Shown here: one piece after another, positions 34,321 to 46,070 of the stretch
Layout of the letters: each line of letters starts with the position of its first letter
Numbering within the stretch: the first letter of the stretch is position 1
Source: Laetmonice hystrix
Lineage: Eukaryota
Assembly: GCA_965235115.1 (NCBI GenBank)
Contig: OZ249447.1
Span: 22,320,001 to 22,384,000 of the forward strand
Direction: 5' to 3'
DNA: 64,000 nucleotides
Made by a program: the position numbers and the translations under genes
The notes under the pieces: model-generated
Databases searched by the model: none
Told to the model about the DNA's origin: nothing
Seen by the model: the letters and a program-made list of their open reading frames with translations, nothing else

Positions 34321-37299
34321 GTAAGATTCACCCCCCCCCCCCCACTTCCACCTCCACCCCCCACCCCCACCCCAACATCAGGCGTGTGTGAGTACAAGTG
34401 TGTCTGAGTGGGTCTCAGTAACGCGTGCTCCTCCCCTCCCCTCCCCTTCCCCCGCCCTCCCCCACCCTCCCCTCACCAAAACATGCAATACATGCATCAG
34501 ACATGCACCGCGCAGCGCTTCTGGGAAAAGATGCTTGGAGATACAGGAAGAAGAAAGCATTGAGGAAGTGGAGGTCATGTATGAAGACGGTGCAGGGTCA
34601 GCCTCCTCGGCCTGGAGAACTCCTGCAGGCAGTTGGCAGAACGTTAGCCCGTCGGTCCTCATAGCAGATGGAACCAGACCCATCGACCAAATCCGTTATA
34701 ACCACCAGTACCAACCAGTAAACACACCTTTACTAATTCCCATGTCATCAGGAACGTTTCTCCCGGAAACCGACAGGTGTCTCTTGGACTGGGGAACCAT
34801 GTCCTGTTTTTGTTTGACAGTTTCTTGGTTAACCTGCACCGAAGCCAGGGTAGAGGGTTGACAGTTGTACGGGTGCGGCGGACACCCGTAAGGGCACGCC
34901 TCCAGAGCAGGTATTAAAGGACACGAGAGACCCGAGGCAGACCCAGCGGTGGAAATGTTGAAATCCTGCCGCCAACATGTGCCCGGTTCACATGCATTTA
35001 GGTGCAACCATCTGTAATGACTGTGATATTTGCAATCAATGATGACACAGCCTCACCGAATACACCATCAATACATGACCTTGCCTTGCCTTTCATTTTC
35101 CTCCCAACTCCTAACTTGGCATGGCCTTAAATTGCCTGGCACCGCCGCTCTACATGGCGGAGGGAGGGAGGGGGTGTGTCATGTGGTCAGTAGCAATCTG
35201 CCGTGGAGGAAGCGACCGTTTCCTCGCCTAGCCCTGGCTTCATCACCGTCAGCCCCCTTAGACACTCATCGCTAATGGCAACGTGCAGCGTGAACGCAGG
35301 CCAAGTGTAATCTTTAAAGATGTAGGTCACGTTGGGCCTACAGTGCTCAGATATATCCTGCCGTATACAAAACCTGGCTTCCCTTTACGTGAATGGTGAC
35401 GCTGCACTGATTAATCACGTAAATAAAACTTCCTCCCTCAACTCGACTTCCAACTTCTTTTATATGGACATCAGCATCTGCTACTGTTTCACATGGAAGA
35501 AATACATAAAAATGGTCCTTTTATTGACTCATCGATTTTTTGCCTCGTCAAAAGACAAGATATCCTGCATCCTGGCAGGGGCCATTTTTGCCCCCCTATG
35601 TCTCTCGAGACAGTGATTAGGATGTAAAAAGCGCCATTGATTTCCATTGTTACACCGTTAATATCAGATCCTTCAAAGAGGAGTGTTCTAGTGGAGGTAA
35701 AAGAATTTCAAATATGCATTTTCTTTGGATACTAAGACGCAGAAGAATAAGCGAAAGAGGATAATTATCTCATCAAAAAGTTGTTCGGGAACCTTTAAAC
35801 GGTTGATGAGCCAGGAGAGGAGGTAATGGACCACTATATGTGGCAGTGTATATACCCCAGTTGTGTATGTATAGAACATTGATTTCTCACTGGGTTTTAC
35901 CAATGTTTAGCCTGCAGGGCATGGTGTGGCTTCACTTGAGCACTCACAGTGTTTTTACTTTAAAGAAGAGCTACTGATCGAAACATCAAACAAAACTTTT
36001 AGATATAGGAAATTTAAATCTCCCTTTGAATTTGTATGAGTGACATGTTAGGGCATGTAGCCTCGATATGAAACCTTTCAGTACCATGACATATTCTCCG
36101 ACCCTGGGTGTTGTGGGCATAGGACAGTATATTGACGTTAGTCAGGACGCCGATGTAAGCGGTCAGCTGAGGGTTGACCAGGGCCAGGTGGTCAGTGTGG
36201 CCACTGATCCATTCAGGGTGTGGTGGTGACCTGATCCATATCAGAGGGCGAGCTGATCCCTTCCGGACGGTGGACAGACGGTAGCGCCACCGCGCGGTAG
36301 TCCGTGTCATTACACCACTCTCCACTCGGAGTGGCCCTCCGCCGACGTCCCCGCCCCGGACGTTACGCCTGTCAATGTATATTTCATGGCAAGCAGGGAG
36401 GTAATGGTCTGTGGGCCCTCAAGGGTACGGGGGAGAGGGAAGGAGGATGGGAAGGATGGGAAGATGAAGGACAGGATGGACACTGTCATGTCAGATACCT
36501 CATGTTAACTGTCAGTCGGTACCATGACAACAACACCGTATGGGACGCAGCAAACGGTCTCTGCCATCGCTGATTCTAAGGGACGTAAACAGAACTGCCG
36601 AGATTTGATCCAGTTAGAAGCAAGAAAGCGATATTATGGTAATTTCGTTGAAAGAGTATGTTTGCTCAACTTATTTAGCCATGGAGTAGACAAATTTGGT
36701 TGTTTGATCAGTGAAAAGTCTGGGGAGGCTGATAAGGTAGGCTAGGTGGGGGAGAATACAGGGAGACGCCAGTGACAACGTCGCCATGGAGATAATACCA
36801 TCCAGTAATGAATCAAGTGATTATCTCACCAATCGGCCCATGCCAACTCCACTCATCAAGTCATGAAGCCTGCAATGATTAAAATTTAAAAACCTTTCCC
36901 TGCCGGCGAGGGTTTTTAACTCCCACTCCGCCACCAACAATTGCATAACGAATTCACTTTGCCCCACATGTTGAGCATGCTGCAGTAATTATGCCATGAT
37001 ATGATATCATTTTTCCACGTAATGATATGGCTGCGAGGCGGAAGGTCATGGAAATATTTATCCGTAAAAATATTCTGGGCGTTGCCGGTGAGTGCATGAG
37101 GTTCGTTCAATAAATTTGGGCCACCCAGCCTGTTGTACTCGACCGTTTCCATTCCCTGTTTGGTTTCGCTGGCCTTAAGCCGAGTAAGTTAATCCTTTGG
37201 TTACTCCAGTTTTTATTAACCCCTCCGGTTTTTTTTTTGTCTGACAGATTATATTTTTACTGAGTCTGTTACATTACCCTTTAATGAGCTCCGTTACCG

Positions 37300-40100
37300 T
37301 ACGCTTTCTCTATGTTCTTCAAGCTTGCGCTTCACTTGGCCTATCAAAAATTCACGATGTCGAGGCAGATGATGAGTGCATGTTGGATTAGGCAACACGA
37401 ATGTGTAAAGGATTCCATGTAAAAGGTAGTATAGGATGTCGAATGATTTCTTCGGTTGGAGGGTCCGTCAGCGGACTCGCCAGTCAACCTGGTGGTAAGC
37501 GCAGGAACTATAGGCGCGTTGATCAAAGAGCAGGAAGCAAGCAACGCCAGTGCTGCGTTCTGATTGGTCAGCTGCAGGCCGAATGAACCGGGGAAAGTGG
37601 GCAAAAGTATTGAACACTATAACGGCAACCGAAGGCTTGGCATTCATACCGACGTGTATCAACCAGTTTTATACTCACAGGTAGAAGGCCGTGATCAGTG
37701 TTTCGAACTTTCTCATACCACGTGAAGACCTCCTGATGAGCAGATGGCCAGTTGGTTGGTGGCGGTGATCACCATGGCAACGATATGAACGCCATCCAAT
37801 ATCCCTTAACCCCAACCCCCCCACCCCACCTCTACCCTCATTAAGGGAGAGTGGGAAGTTGAGTCGAGAGATAGCATGGCTAACTTTGACAGCTAACATG
37901 TCAAGGTGTTTGCTTCTGTCAGTTCCTCGATATATTTCTCCTTCGCTGTGTTTGATGATCAGCTTTGCCAGGTGTCAGAAAGGTCGGGGCTGACCGATGA
38001 CTTGTTGCTTCAAGAAAGTGTTTACGCTATCTGTGCCTTGACTCCCACATAAACTAGCGTCCGGCTAATTTGACTAGCCCACGATTCCCTTGTCAATTCG
38101 GAGTTTATACCTTGAAATGTTAGGCTCGTTTTATTAGGTGCTATCAGAGTACGATGGAAAGGTTACATCTGCTGGAGAAGGTCAGTGTATGAACCCGTAG
38201 GAACGACCTGGTATCGAGATACTAGAGATTGCTTGATGTGTCTACCTCTGGGACGGGTTGTGGGGTAGGGGCGGGGGCGTGATGACCCACGGTAAGGTAT
38301 CCCTTTGATGTCAGGCCAGGGACACCTCCCAAGGAGCCATCCCCGACCCGTCCCACCACTCCTGTAGGTCCCTCCCATAGGACCCATCCCTGCGCCGCCG
38401 TGAAGCTCCCAAACTGACATGTTTGTTTTGTAAATGCCCCAGAGGACGTCCACGACGGAGAAGCCTTCATCCGTCAAGGCGGTGGCCGGGCCAGGCATAT
38501 TGTGTTGCCGGAGCCTTGGCCTCTGAGGGCCAGGTCGGTCAGAGATTGGCATTTGGTGTGGAGGGCAGGAGGATGGGGAGGGGGGGGGGGTGTTGGGTCG
38601 GGATCCATTTGATGGCTCCCTGGTCCATTAACCTCCACTCTGACCAGCACCTGTTCATTCAGCACTAATGAACCAACCGCCGAGTAAGGGCAAGACCGAC
38701 CGAGCGCCACATCCCATGTGGCCGAGACTCTAGCTCCTAGTTCCTCCCACAAAATCGGAACTGGCCATGTTCACAAAATTACACCATTTCAGTTTCAATA
38801 GCCTCGGTCAAATTGTTGGTGTTTCCTTCAAACTGGGTGTCAGAGATAATGCCTGCCTTTTAACCTCAGAGGGAGCGTTCAGACAGACCTTGATTCGAAC
38901 CGTGCGCAGCGCCCTCTGTAGGGATAGAAGGGCTTTCAGAGCGCCACTGTAAATTGATGTATCATGATGGTGATAGTGAGAAGTTACAGTGGAAAGCTTC
39001 GTCTTAGTTCGGAGCAGGGCCGCCAGGTATTAAGACTTACAGCCTTTTGATGTTGTCCGGGTACCTGGTAGCCGTCAGCGACGACCTGCTTCCTTCCATT
39101 CGCCAGTCCCAGTGCTCGTAGATTCTCATGAAGCGAGATCAAGATAAAAGGTCGAAGGTCACAGTTGGGAGTGAGCCTGATGACACTGAGACGTTACTTT
39201 ATAAGGCGTAGGTCGTTAAGGCTCTGCCCCAGCAGGCCGAGCGGTGGCTGTAGTCGTCAGTCTGGTTGATGGCCCTCCGCCTGGCTTAATGCCACCAGAA
39301 ATACGTGGTAATGCCTACACATGTGTCATCATCAACCCCCATGAACGGACTTTGAAACTTCTGGGTGGAAGTTAAGATATCGGAAGGTTTGATTCGGCGG
39401 GGATTGTGGACGCCAAGTGGTGAATGGATTCTTGTTATGAATGACGACCGAATAGAAGATAAACAGAAAGTCCAAGTGCCAGGCGTGGGGAATCGTCCCA
39501 TGTACAGGCAAAGGTTGTCTGTGTGGTGTTTTTGTGTTGCTTCGAATCACCCCAAGCCAGCGCTGGGCTTTGCTGTCCCCATGGTAGGGAAGATGACATG
39601 TTTGGCCACAGACATCAGATATGCCTCCTTATTACTGCCATCAATAGCATGCAAGGAATGCCATTAGCGGGGCTCTTCAGCAAGAGGCAACTCTATATCC
39701 CAGCATGTATAGGCAACATGACTAAAACCCTTACTCATTCCATCAGGCCCGTTTAAGCGCGTGTATAAATTCCAGTGATAGGCAATAAGTAGTGCTTTGT
39801 GTAGGTTGATGAGAATGATTTATGCAGGCCGACTATCAGCTAGCTGGACTGCCATGTAGTTTCAGGACCCCCTTTACCAATTCCCGTTACACTTCACCCT
39901 GAAGATCACATATCTGAACTTGCCATATTGCATTGTTATCAGGGAATGGGCACCACTGTTCTCAGGGTCCCCACGGGGTTACCACATTCCATGCCGTCCC
40001 ACAAGTACCAATCGCTCTACCCTGGTCGCTTTACTCCCTCCAGATTCAGCCCAGAGCCACTGCCTTTTCTGGATAATAATATAGATGCGATTACCAAGGA
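37300..40100 (-). mobile_element. Decayed Ngaro-like DIRS-order relic (gag end, RT, RNase H, YR)
   Basis: RIHSPLGV (~39420), CDLRPFILISLHENLRALGL (like D.KSAFR.IP.HP.D..LLG), MWEELGARV (like CEELGVP), SSGAFTKQTCQFGSF..QGW (RNase H-like), LIAPNKT and HLLIRRSSRGMRK (YR N-terminus). There is no room for an MT domain between RH and YR. Confidence 0.5.
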
Positions 40101-40334
40101 TATTTGAGGACAACTTCATTCGCTTGGTGGATTCTATAAGTAGGTATCAGGCGAGATTTTATATGTATCCCCACTCAGGTTTGCGGTGGTGGAAAAACTG
40201 GTTGTTTCCAACTACCCAGTAATAATTGCACTGCCTAGATTTCATTTTGATATTCATACTTATAGTCCACCTTCAGGGCTTACCATCTGACAAAATATCT
40301 CGAGCAGTTAATGGCAGAACTTTCACATCCCCAG

Positions 40335-40414
40335 GTGTTTAATCAGCAACCAATCCACACGGTGTTTAATAAACAACCAATCCACACGATGTTTAATAAA
40401 CAACCAATCCACAC
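40335..40414. repeat. Minisatellite, 27 bp x 3 (each with CCAAT)
   Basis: Unit gtgtttaataaacaaccaatccacacg. Confidence 0.85.
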
Positions 40415-41008
40415 CGGTTGATTTTTCATAATTACATGCCTACGTCCGTTCATGCTGTGGAAGTACCTGGCACAAATAGAACTGCCCTGGAAGCCAATGT
40501 AGCAGACAGCAGAGACATGGTATTTCAAAATGGCGAAGCCCAAATCTTAGAAAGGACGTTTTTAGATGTCGTTAAGTATTTAGTGGATTAAGAAATCAAC
40601 AAAGATATATTGTTTGTGCATGGGTATGACAGATCATGTAATCAGTCATTTTGTAGTCAGGAGTGGGCTTCAAAGCACGCAGTGTTCATATTTACTTCTT
40701 CGTTTTCACCAAACCGGCAGTCTTCACTTGTGAGAGGGGCAGTCCAGAAGTGCCACTAATTAATGGATTTTACGACATCTCCAGCAATATCGTAATTTCT
40801 TGAGATGACTGATTATTTTTAAGTCCGCGGTAGAAATCCTGTATTGTGAAGAAAGCTGCAGGGCTATGACAGCGTGTTAATTTCCGCTAGTTACTGGTTG
40901 CCGAGGGTGATTAATCATTCTAATTGATGGTTTACTTGGGTAAACATGACGGCCAGATCAGAACCTGTCACGGCAGCCGCGACATGGCATTTCCACTTTG
41001 ATGGAAGT

Positions 41009-41518
41009 GCAGCAGCAGCAGCCAGCAGCAGCCAGCAGCAGCCAGCAGCAGCNNNNNNNNNNNNNNNNNNNNNNNNNNNNNNNNNNNNNNNNNNNNNNNN
41101 NNNNNNNNNNNNNNNNNNNNNNNNNNNNNNNNNNNNNNNNNNNNNNNNNNNNNNNNNNNNNNNNNNNNNNNNNNNNNNNNNNNNNNNNNNNNNNNNNNNN
41201 NNNNNNNNACCAGCAGCAGCAACCAGCAGCAGCAACCAGCAGCAGCAACCAGCAGCTGCAACCAGCAGCAGCAGCNNNNNNNNNNNNNNNNNNNNNNNNN
41301 NNNNNNNNNNNNNNNNNNNNNNNNNNNNNNNNNNNNNNNNNNNNNNNNNNNNNNNNNNNNNNNNNNNNNNNNNNNNNNNNNNNNNNNNNNNNNNNNNNNN
41401 NNNNNNNNNNNNNNNNNNNNNNNNNNNNNNNNNNNNNNNNNNNNNNNNNNNNNNNNNNNNNNNNNNNNNNNNNNNNNNNNNNNNNNNNNNNNNNNNNNNN
41501 NNNNNNNNNNNNNNNNNN
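41009..41518. repeat. CAG/CAA-rich low-complexity repeat with two N runs (41053-41208, 41276-41518)
   Basis: 10-13 bp units (gccagcagca, accagcagcagca) flank 156 and 243 N; these are unresolved or masked repeat. Confidence 0.85.
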
Positions 41519-41549
41519 AGGTGAAGCCCATCACCAGGAGCTGATAACC

Positions 41550-44050
41550 TCCTAAGACGATCAGGATGACGTTTGGAAGGTGTAGATAGGGTAACCGAGA
41601 CAGGCTGACATGGTCGGGGGGCCCGTTATCAATTAGCATGCCTTCTGCAGGCTGGTCGGTGTTTGCCAATCCTTGGCTCTGTTTGTTCCATCCATCATTT
41701 TCAATAACGGCATCAAACTATGTACTTATCATAGATAATCCTAATTAGAGCCCAGGTTCCAGCTAGGGCAACTAAACCAGAAACTAGAACAGGATATAGC
41801 CTCAGTGATGTCGGACATTGTGAAAGGCTTTCGGAAAGTTCTCATTTCGTGATGTGACTTTGTAGCTTATCAGAAGTTCCGCAAACAAGCTTTGAAACAG
41901 GATTGTATGTGTGTGTGTGGAGTGAGGGTTGCATGGCCAACCCCGGGGTAAGCCTGGTCTCCACGGATAACGACATAGCCCACCTGAGAAAGTTTTTACC
42001 TGACAGACTCCGTACCCAACAAGTTGTAGCCGTGTATCCAGTGGCATCCCTGTGTGCCGTATCTTTGCCGCAATGATTAATGATCGGATAGCGTGCCGAG
42101 AGACAGCGCCAGCAAACGCTACCACAGTTGTGAGACTTCATCAGAGGTTGCGAGGGGCGGACTCACGTAGTCAATGCCTGGTATCGGTGGCGTGGTGGAC
42201 GGCCCTGTCTCACCGGTCAGAGCTGGCACCAGGGGAAGACAAGGACGGGACCAAAGAGCAGTTTAGTGAAGAATCTTTGAGTGCCTGATGGGGTTGATGA
42301 TTAGAGATTGTTGGGATTACTTTTTGCCGTGCGTGGGGGTGGATGTGGAGGAAGCAATCAGGTTTCGACAAAAAGGCGGACTTCCTTTGGTAATCACAAG
42401 GTGGCGGGTCAGGTGACGTACGGTAGGGGTTTGATCGACGGCTGGTCGCAGGATGTCGGCCATTGATATAACCGAATCCAATGATTTGGTGTCATGTCAG
42501 CCGAAACCGAACATATTTCACTGGCTGAGACTGAGCGGATTGGGTAGTGGTTTTAATTGTGATTTCACGGAGATGACTAGAGTTAGGCCATAAAAGTTAG
42601 GAGGGGGATATACTATTGACATTATATTATTATCATTTTAAGACTTTAGCTATATTTCATTTAATTTATTTCAAGCCGAAGGAGACGTTAGTGAGGAATA
42701 ACGACAGAAGATAGGTATACAGGACCTGTGGACGTGTTATCCTAACCTCACGAGTCCTCAATCTTGTACCAGAGTGCAAGAACTAATATATGCTGTTCTC
42801 ATCTTTAGTGCAGTTCTATATTTGGTCAGCACGGTGAACTATGTTGCAAAAAATGATGCAAATTTAAAGTGTGCAGAACAAAGTGTCCATTTGATATTGG
42901 TCATAGTGCTGGTTTTTCTAAGGGTAATAATATAAGCTGTTTTAAAGACCTGTTTAGTTGCCGTTTGATTCTAATGCAGCTGACAGCCCAGATGAAGTCT
43001 TTTGTGTCGGTGGTGGTGCCAGTGGTGGTATGGGGTGGTGGTGGTGGTGGTTGTCACCATCCTGGCACCGTCCTGGTTAGCACCCGTTCAGACAGGTATC
43101 GATCTCTACTGAAGATCAAAGAAGTACGCCGCACCGGATGACCTTTCACTGGTTCTACATTCCATCCAACCATTGGAAAGCATGCACCGCGTTAAACCGA
43201 ACATCGCAAAATGGTTGAATAATTCATGCTACCATTCCACCCGCTTTACTGTTTTTTTTTGTCAATGTGTATGTATTTTTGGAGTTGAAGTTAGCTTGTT
43301 GCGACTTTGTGACCTGTGTACTCATTCTACAGAATTATGTAAAAGTTTGCAATACTTGCCCATTGGCTGTTAAATATGAAAACGTATTGGTTGCACCCAG
43401 ATAGGATATCATACGTGCGCAAGGGTAGAGGATTTACACTGGGTTTTAAAGGTGCTATTCGTCTCGCACAGAATGGCATTTCTCCTATCATACATTGTGC
43501 ACATAGTACTAGAAAAAATTCCTACCGATACCATTGGCCTGATAAACCTTCTATTAGTTTGTGTGCAGCATTTGAAACCTATCTCGGTGCGCACCGAGAT
43601 AGAGCCATTTCCTATGGTGGGGCGTGTCAGGGTCTCCACAGGCCTTCTGAGAGAGCCCCATTTGTGCCGTTATTCATAAAAAATTTTGATTTCCTTTGTT
43701 GTGAATCTATTTCCATGATAGGTGGGATCACATAAACGTCAACAAAATTAAAAAATTAAAAAATTGAATTTTTGTTCACGAATAGCACCTTTAAAGGACT
43801 CATATTTAACGTCCCTCTTGATGCAGTTGGTGACCACATGAGACAGAGACCTATGACTCGTGCCATCAGTCTGAACGGCAGTCAATGGACAAGTTGTCCA
43901 GAACCAGTTGTAATCTCTCCGGTATCCCTGATGTATATTGGAATAACAATTTGTTCAACCCGTTCAGTGTGGTTACCCAAGCATACAGAGTTCTACATTT
44001 ACGGTGGCGCCGCTTGGTCTACCATGCCGTACGAACAATTCAAAAGTTTT
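41550..44050 (-). mobile_element. Decayed DIRS-order (Ngaro-like) relic interrupted by a Kolobok-type MITE
   Basis: TTLNGLNKLLFQY (pol start, like TP.N...L..LL..YP). After removing 43450-43790, VQPIRFHI*QPMGKYCKLLHNS (like SPIG.VPKK.PGK.RLIHHLS), IDTCL, and AIRSLIIAAKI...FSGGLCRYP (RNase H-like). Confidence 0.4.
43450..43790. mobile_element. Kolobok-type non-autonomous DNA transposon (MITE), 341 bp
   Basis: Perfect 13 bp TIR AGGTGCTATTCGT / ACGAATAGCACCT flanked by TTAA on both sides (43446-43449, 43791-43794). Purine-purine termini plus TTAA fit Kolobok rather than piggyBac (CCY). Confidence 0.8.
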
Positions 44051-44598
44051 GGGAGTTTTTTTGAGGGTATTCAGTTTCCAGGCTTATTGGCATTGACATT
44101 CATATTGAGGTAAGAATTGGAGAAGTCAATAAGTGGAGGTCGGTATTGGTCAATGATAGAGTCACCGATTGGGACTTCGTAGATTTGGGTCAGACTAGTC
44201 ACCAGGCCAGTGATTAGGCTAGTCCTGGACGGTGGCCTGGAGGGCACTGATAAAACTGCCCTAAACGAGACAGTCTATGGCTAACATCATCGGTCTGTAA
44301 CAGAGGGAGTGGTTGTCCGGGTGGGGGTGGTTGTTGGGGTGGGGGTGGTTGTTCGGGTGGGGGTGGGGTGGTGGTGGGAAGGGGTACAGGTTCAGTAATT
44401 GGAATAACTCAGCCATGTAAGCCACCTTTTACAAGTGTACCTCACTATTTTTAAACTAGCTGTTTCATGTACATGTAGATGAAATGATTTCATGAAAATG
44501 CTGTATTTCAAAACCAGCATTTCACCTGCAACTGCACAAAAATGCTTGCATGTGGAAGGAGCAAAAGGAAGAAGAAAAAACTCACCATACAACTGGTT

Positions 44599-44649
<51 letters not shown>
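44599..44649. repeat. (TA)n(TG)n compound microsatellite
   Basis: Seen directly in the sequence. Confidence 0.95.
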
Positions 44650-44650
<1 letters not shown>

Positions 44651-45774
44651 GATGAGTCAGAGAACAATCATGGAATCGATATGGTGATAGTGCCGTTATT
44701 TAAAAACGTTGCACAACATGAGATCGATCATATATGATTCATGGTTGATTGTTATCGCTAGCTGTGCCAGAGCCAGGAAACTTAATGTACATGGCGGGAC
44801 ATACGTCTGGTGTGGCATTCATCGCCTGGGAAAAAATGAAAATTGTCGGGAAATGAATCACTTACTGAAAGGATACTCTATTGTGTTTGTCTATGGATTG
44901 TGGGCCACATGAGATAACTAAATGGTAGAGTGGAATCAATAGACCGACAGGTACTGATTGGAAACAATTAAAATTACATGTTATGTTATAATAGTTACTT
45001 TATAATACACCACAGTCAGCCTGCATGGCACTGATGGAGAGATATGTCAAACAAAGATCAGATGTTATCTTTTAAAACAAGTGTTTACGTTAAACAATAC
45101 GGTGGGAGTAATGTAAAGTCAGGTAGAGGCTGGCCCGTATGCAGGACTGACATGTTATTTGCATGTAGCATGCAACAACATGAACGGAAATTGGCAGGTA
45201 AAGTTGGCCATCCATCATGGGACTGACATCGCCCCCTCGGACACCCCCCCCCCCCCGCAACAAGCTCACAGTTCGGGGGGGGGGGGGGGGTGCTGAGGCC
45301 TCCTGAATAGTTCAGACCGGTCTTCAAATAGTGATGTTTCGCGGCACCAGTCGTGGCCCTTCCAGTGGGCGCGGAGTTATGATCTGCCGAGCCGATAACT
45401 GGGCCCTTGGGAGGTTCTCATCGGCGGCGACAGGGGGCGCTGTCAGCATCTCTGTGCGTGTCGTGTGCAGACTCGCCTCAGTGACCACAAACGGGCCACC
45501 GTCCTTCGTTTGAGGCGTCGTAAAACAATACGGTGTTGAGACCACAGTGCTGGTATTGATAGGCCGTAAAAAACATAGTGGAAACTCTTGAGACTTCTTA
45601 CTAAAGACACTGAAAGGAAATCAGGATCTTTCACCAATGGAATGAATTATTTTTCAAGGATTCAAGAAATGCTCTAGTCGCCTCCAATAATTTATATTGT
45701 GTATTATATCCGTGCCATCAATCTCTGGCCTCTTAATGAGTTGTTCAGATTTTGTTCATTCTGAGACAGCCAAA

Positions 45775-46070
45775 CAACCTCTTGAATCAGTTTCTATCCT
45801 GTTAGCTTTACCTTTCACTCAAGGATCTGTAGTGTATATTTATGTATACACAACCTTTTGAATCAGTTCCTATCCTGTCAGCTTCAACTTTTACTCAAGG
45901 ATCTGTAGTGTATATTTATGTATACACAACCTTTTGAATCAGTTCCTATCCTGTCAGCTTCAACTTTTACTCAAGGATCTGTAGTGTATGTATACACAAC
46001 CTTTTGAATCAGTTCCTATCCAGCCAGCTTCACCTTTTACCCAAGCATCTGTAGTGTATATCTATGTACA
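45775..46070. repeat. Tandem repeat, ~76 bp x ~4
   Basis: Unit caaccttttgaatcagttcctatcctgtcagcttcaacttttactcaaggatctgtagtgtatatttatgtataca; copy 3 has an 8 bp deletion. Confidence 0.92.

Noticed and set aside
34388-34861. 157 aa ORF with an acidic patch (EEESIEEVEVMYEDG)
   Set aside because: No recognisable domain and no fitting splice sites; the opposite strand nearby shows LINE endonuclease-like DFNI, so it is probably an antisense shadow.
35314-35963. AT-rich segment bounded by TTAA, a possible second Kolobok element
   Set aside because: The ends are not inverted repeats of each other.
38892-38901. Pol III B-box (GGTTCGAATC on -) suggesting a tRNA or SINE
   Set aside because: There is no convincing A-box, cloverleaf or tail, and it lies within a probable DIRS relic.
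40946-41555. PolyQ or polyA protein ORFs
   Set aside because: Repeat units of 10 and 13 bp do not keep frame, and the ORFs are open only because of N runs.
43376-43735. 119 aa ORF resembling a DIRS pol N-terminus (GFTLGFKG)
   Set aside because: Most of it lies inside the TIR-bounded Kolobok MITE, so the resemblance is chance. This is also a caution for my other by-eye motif calls.
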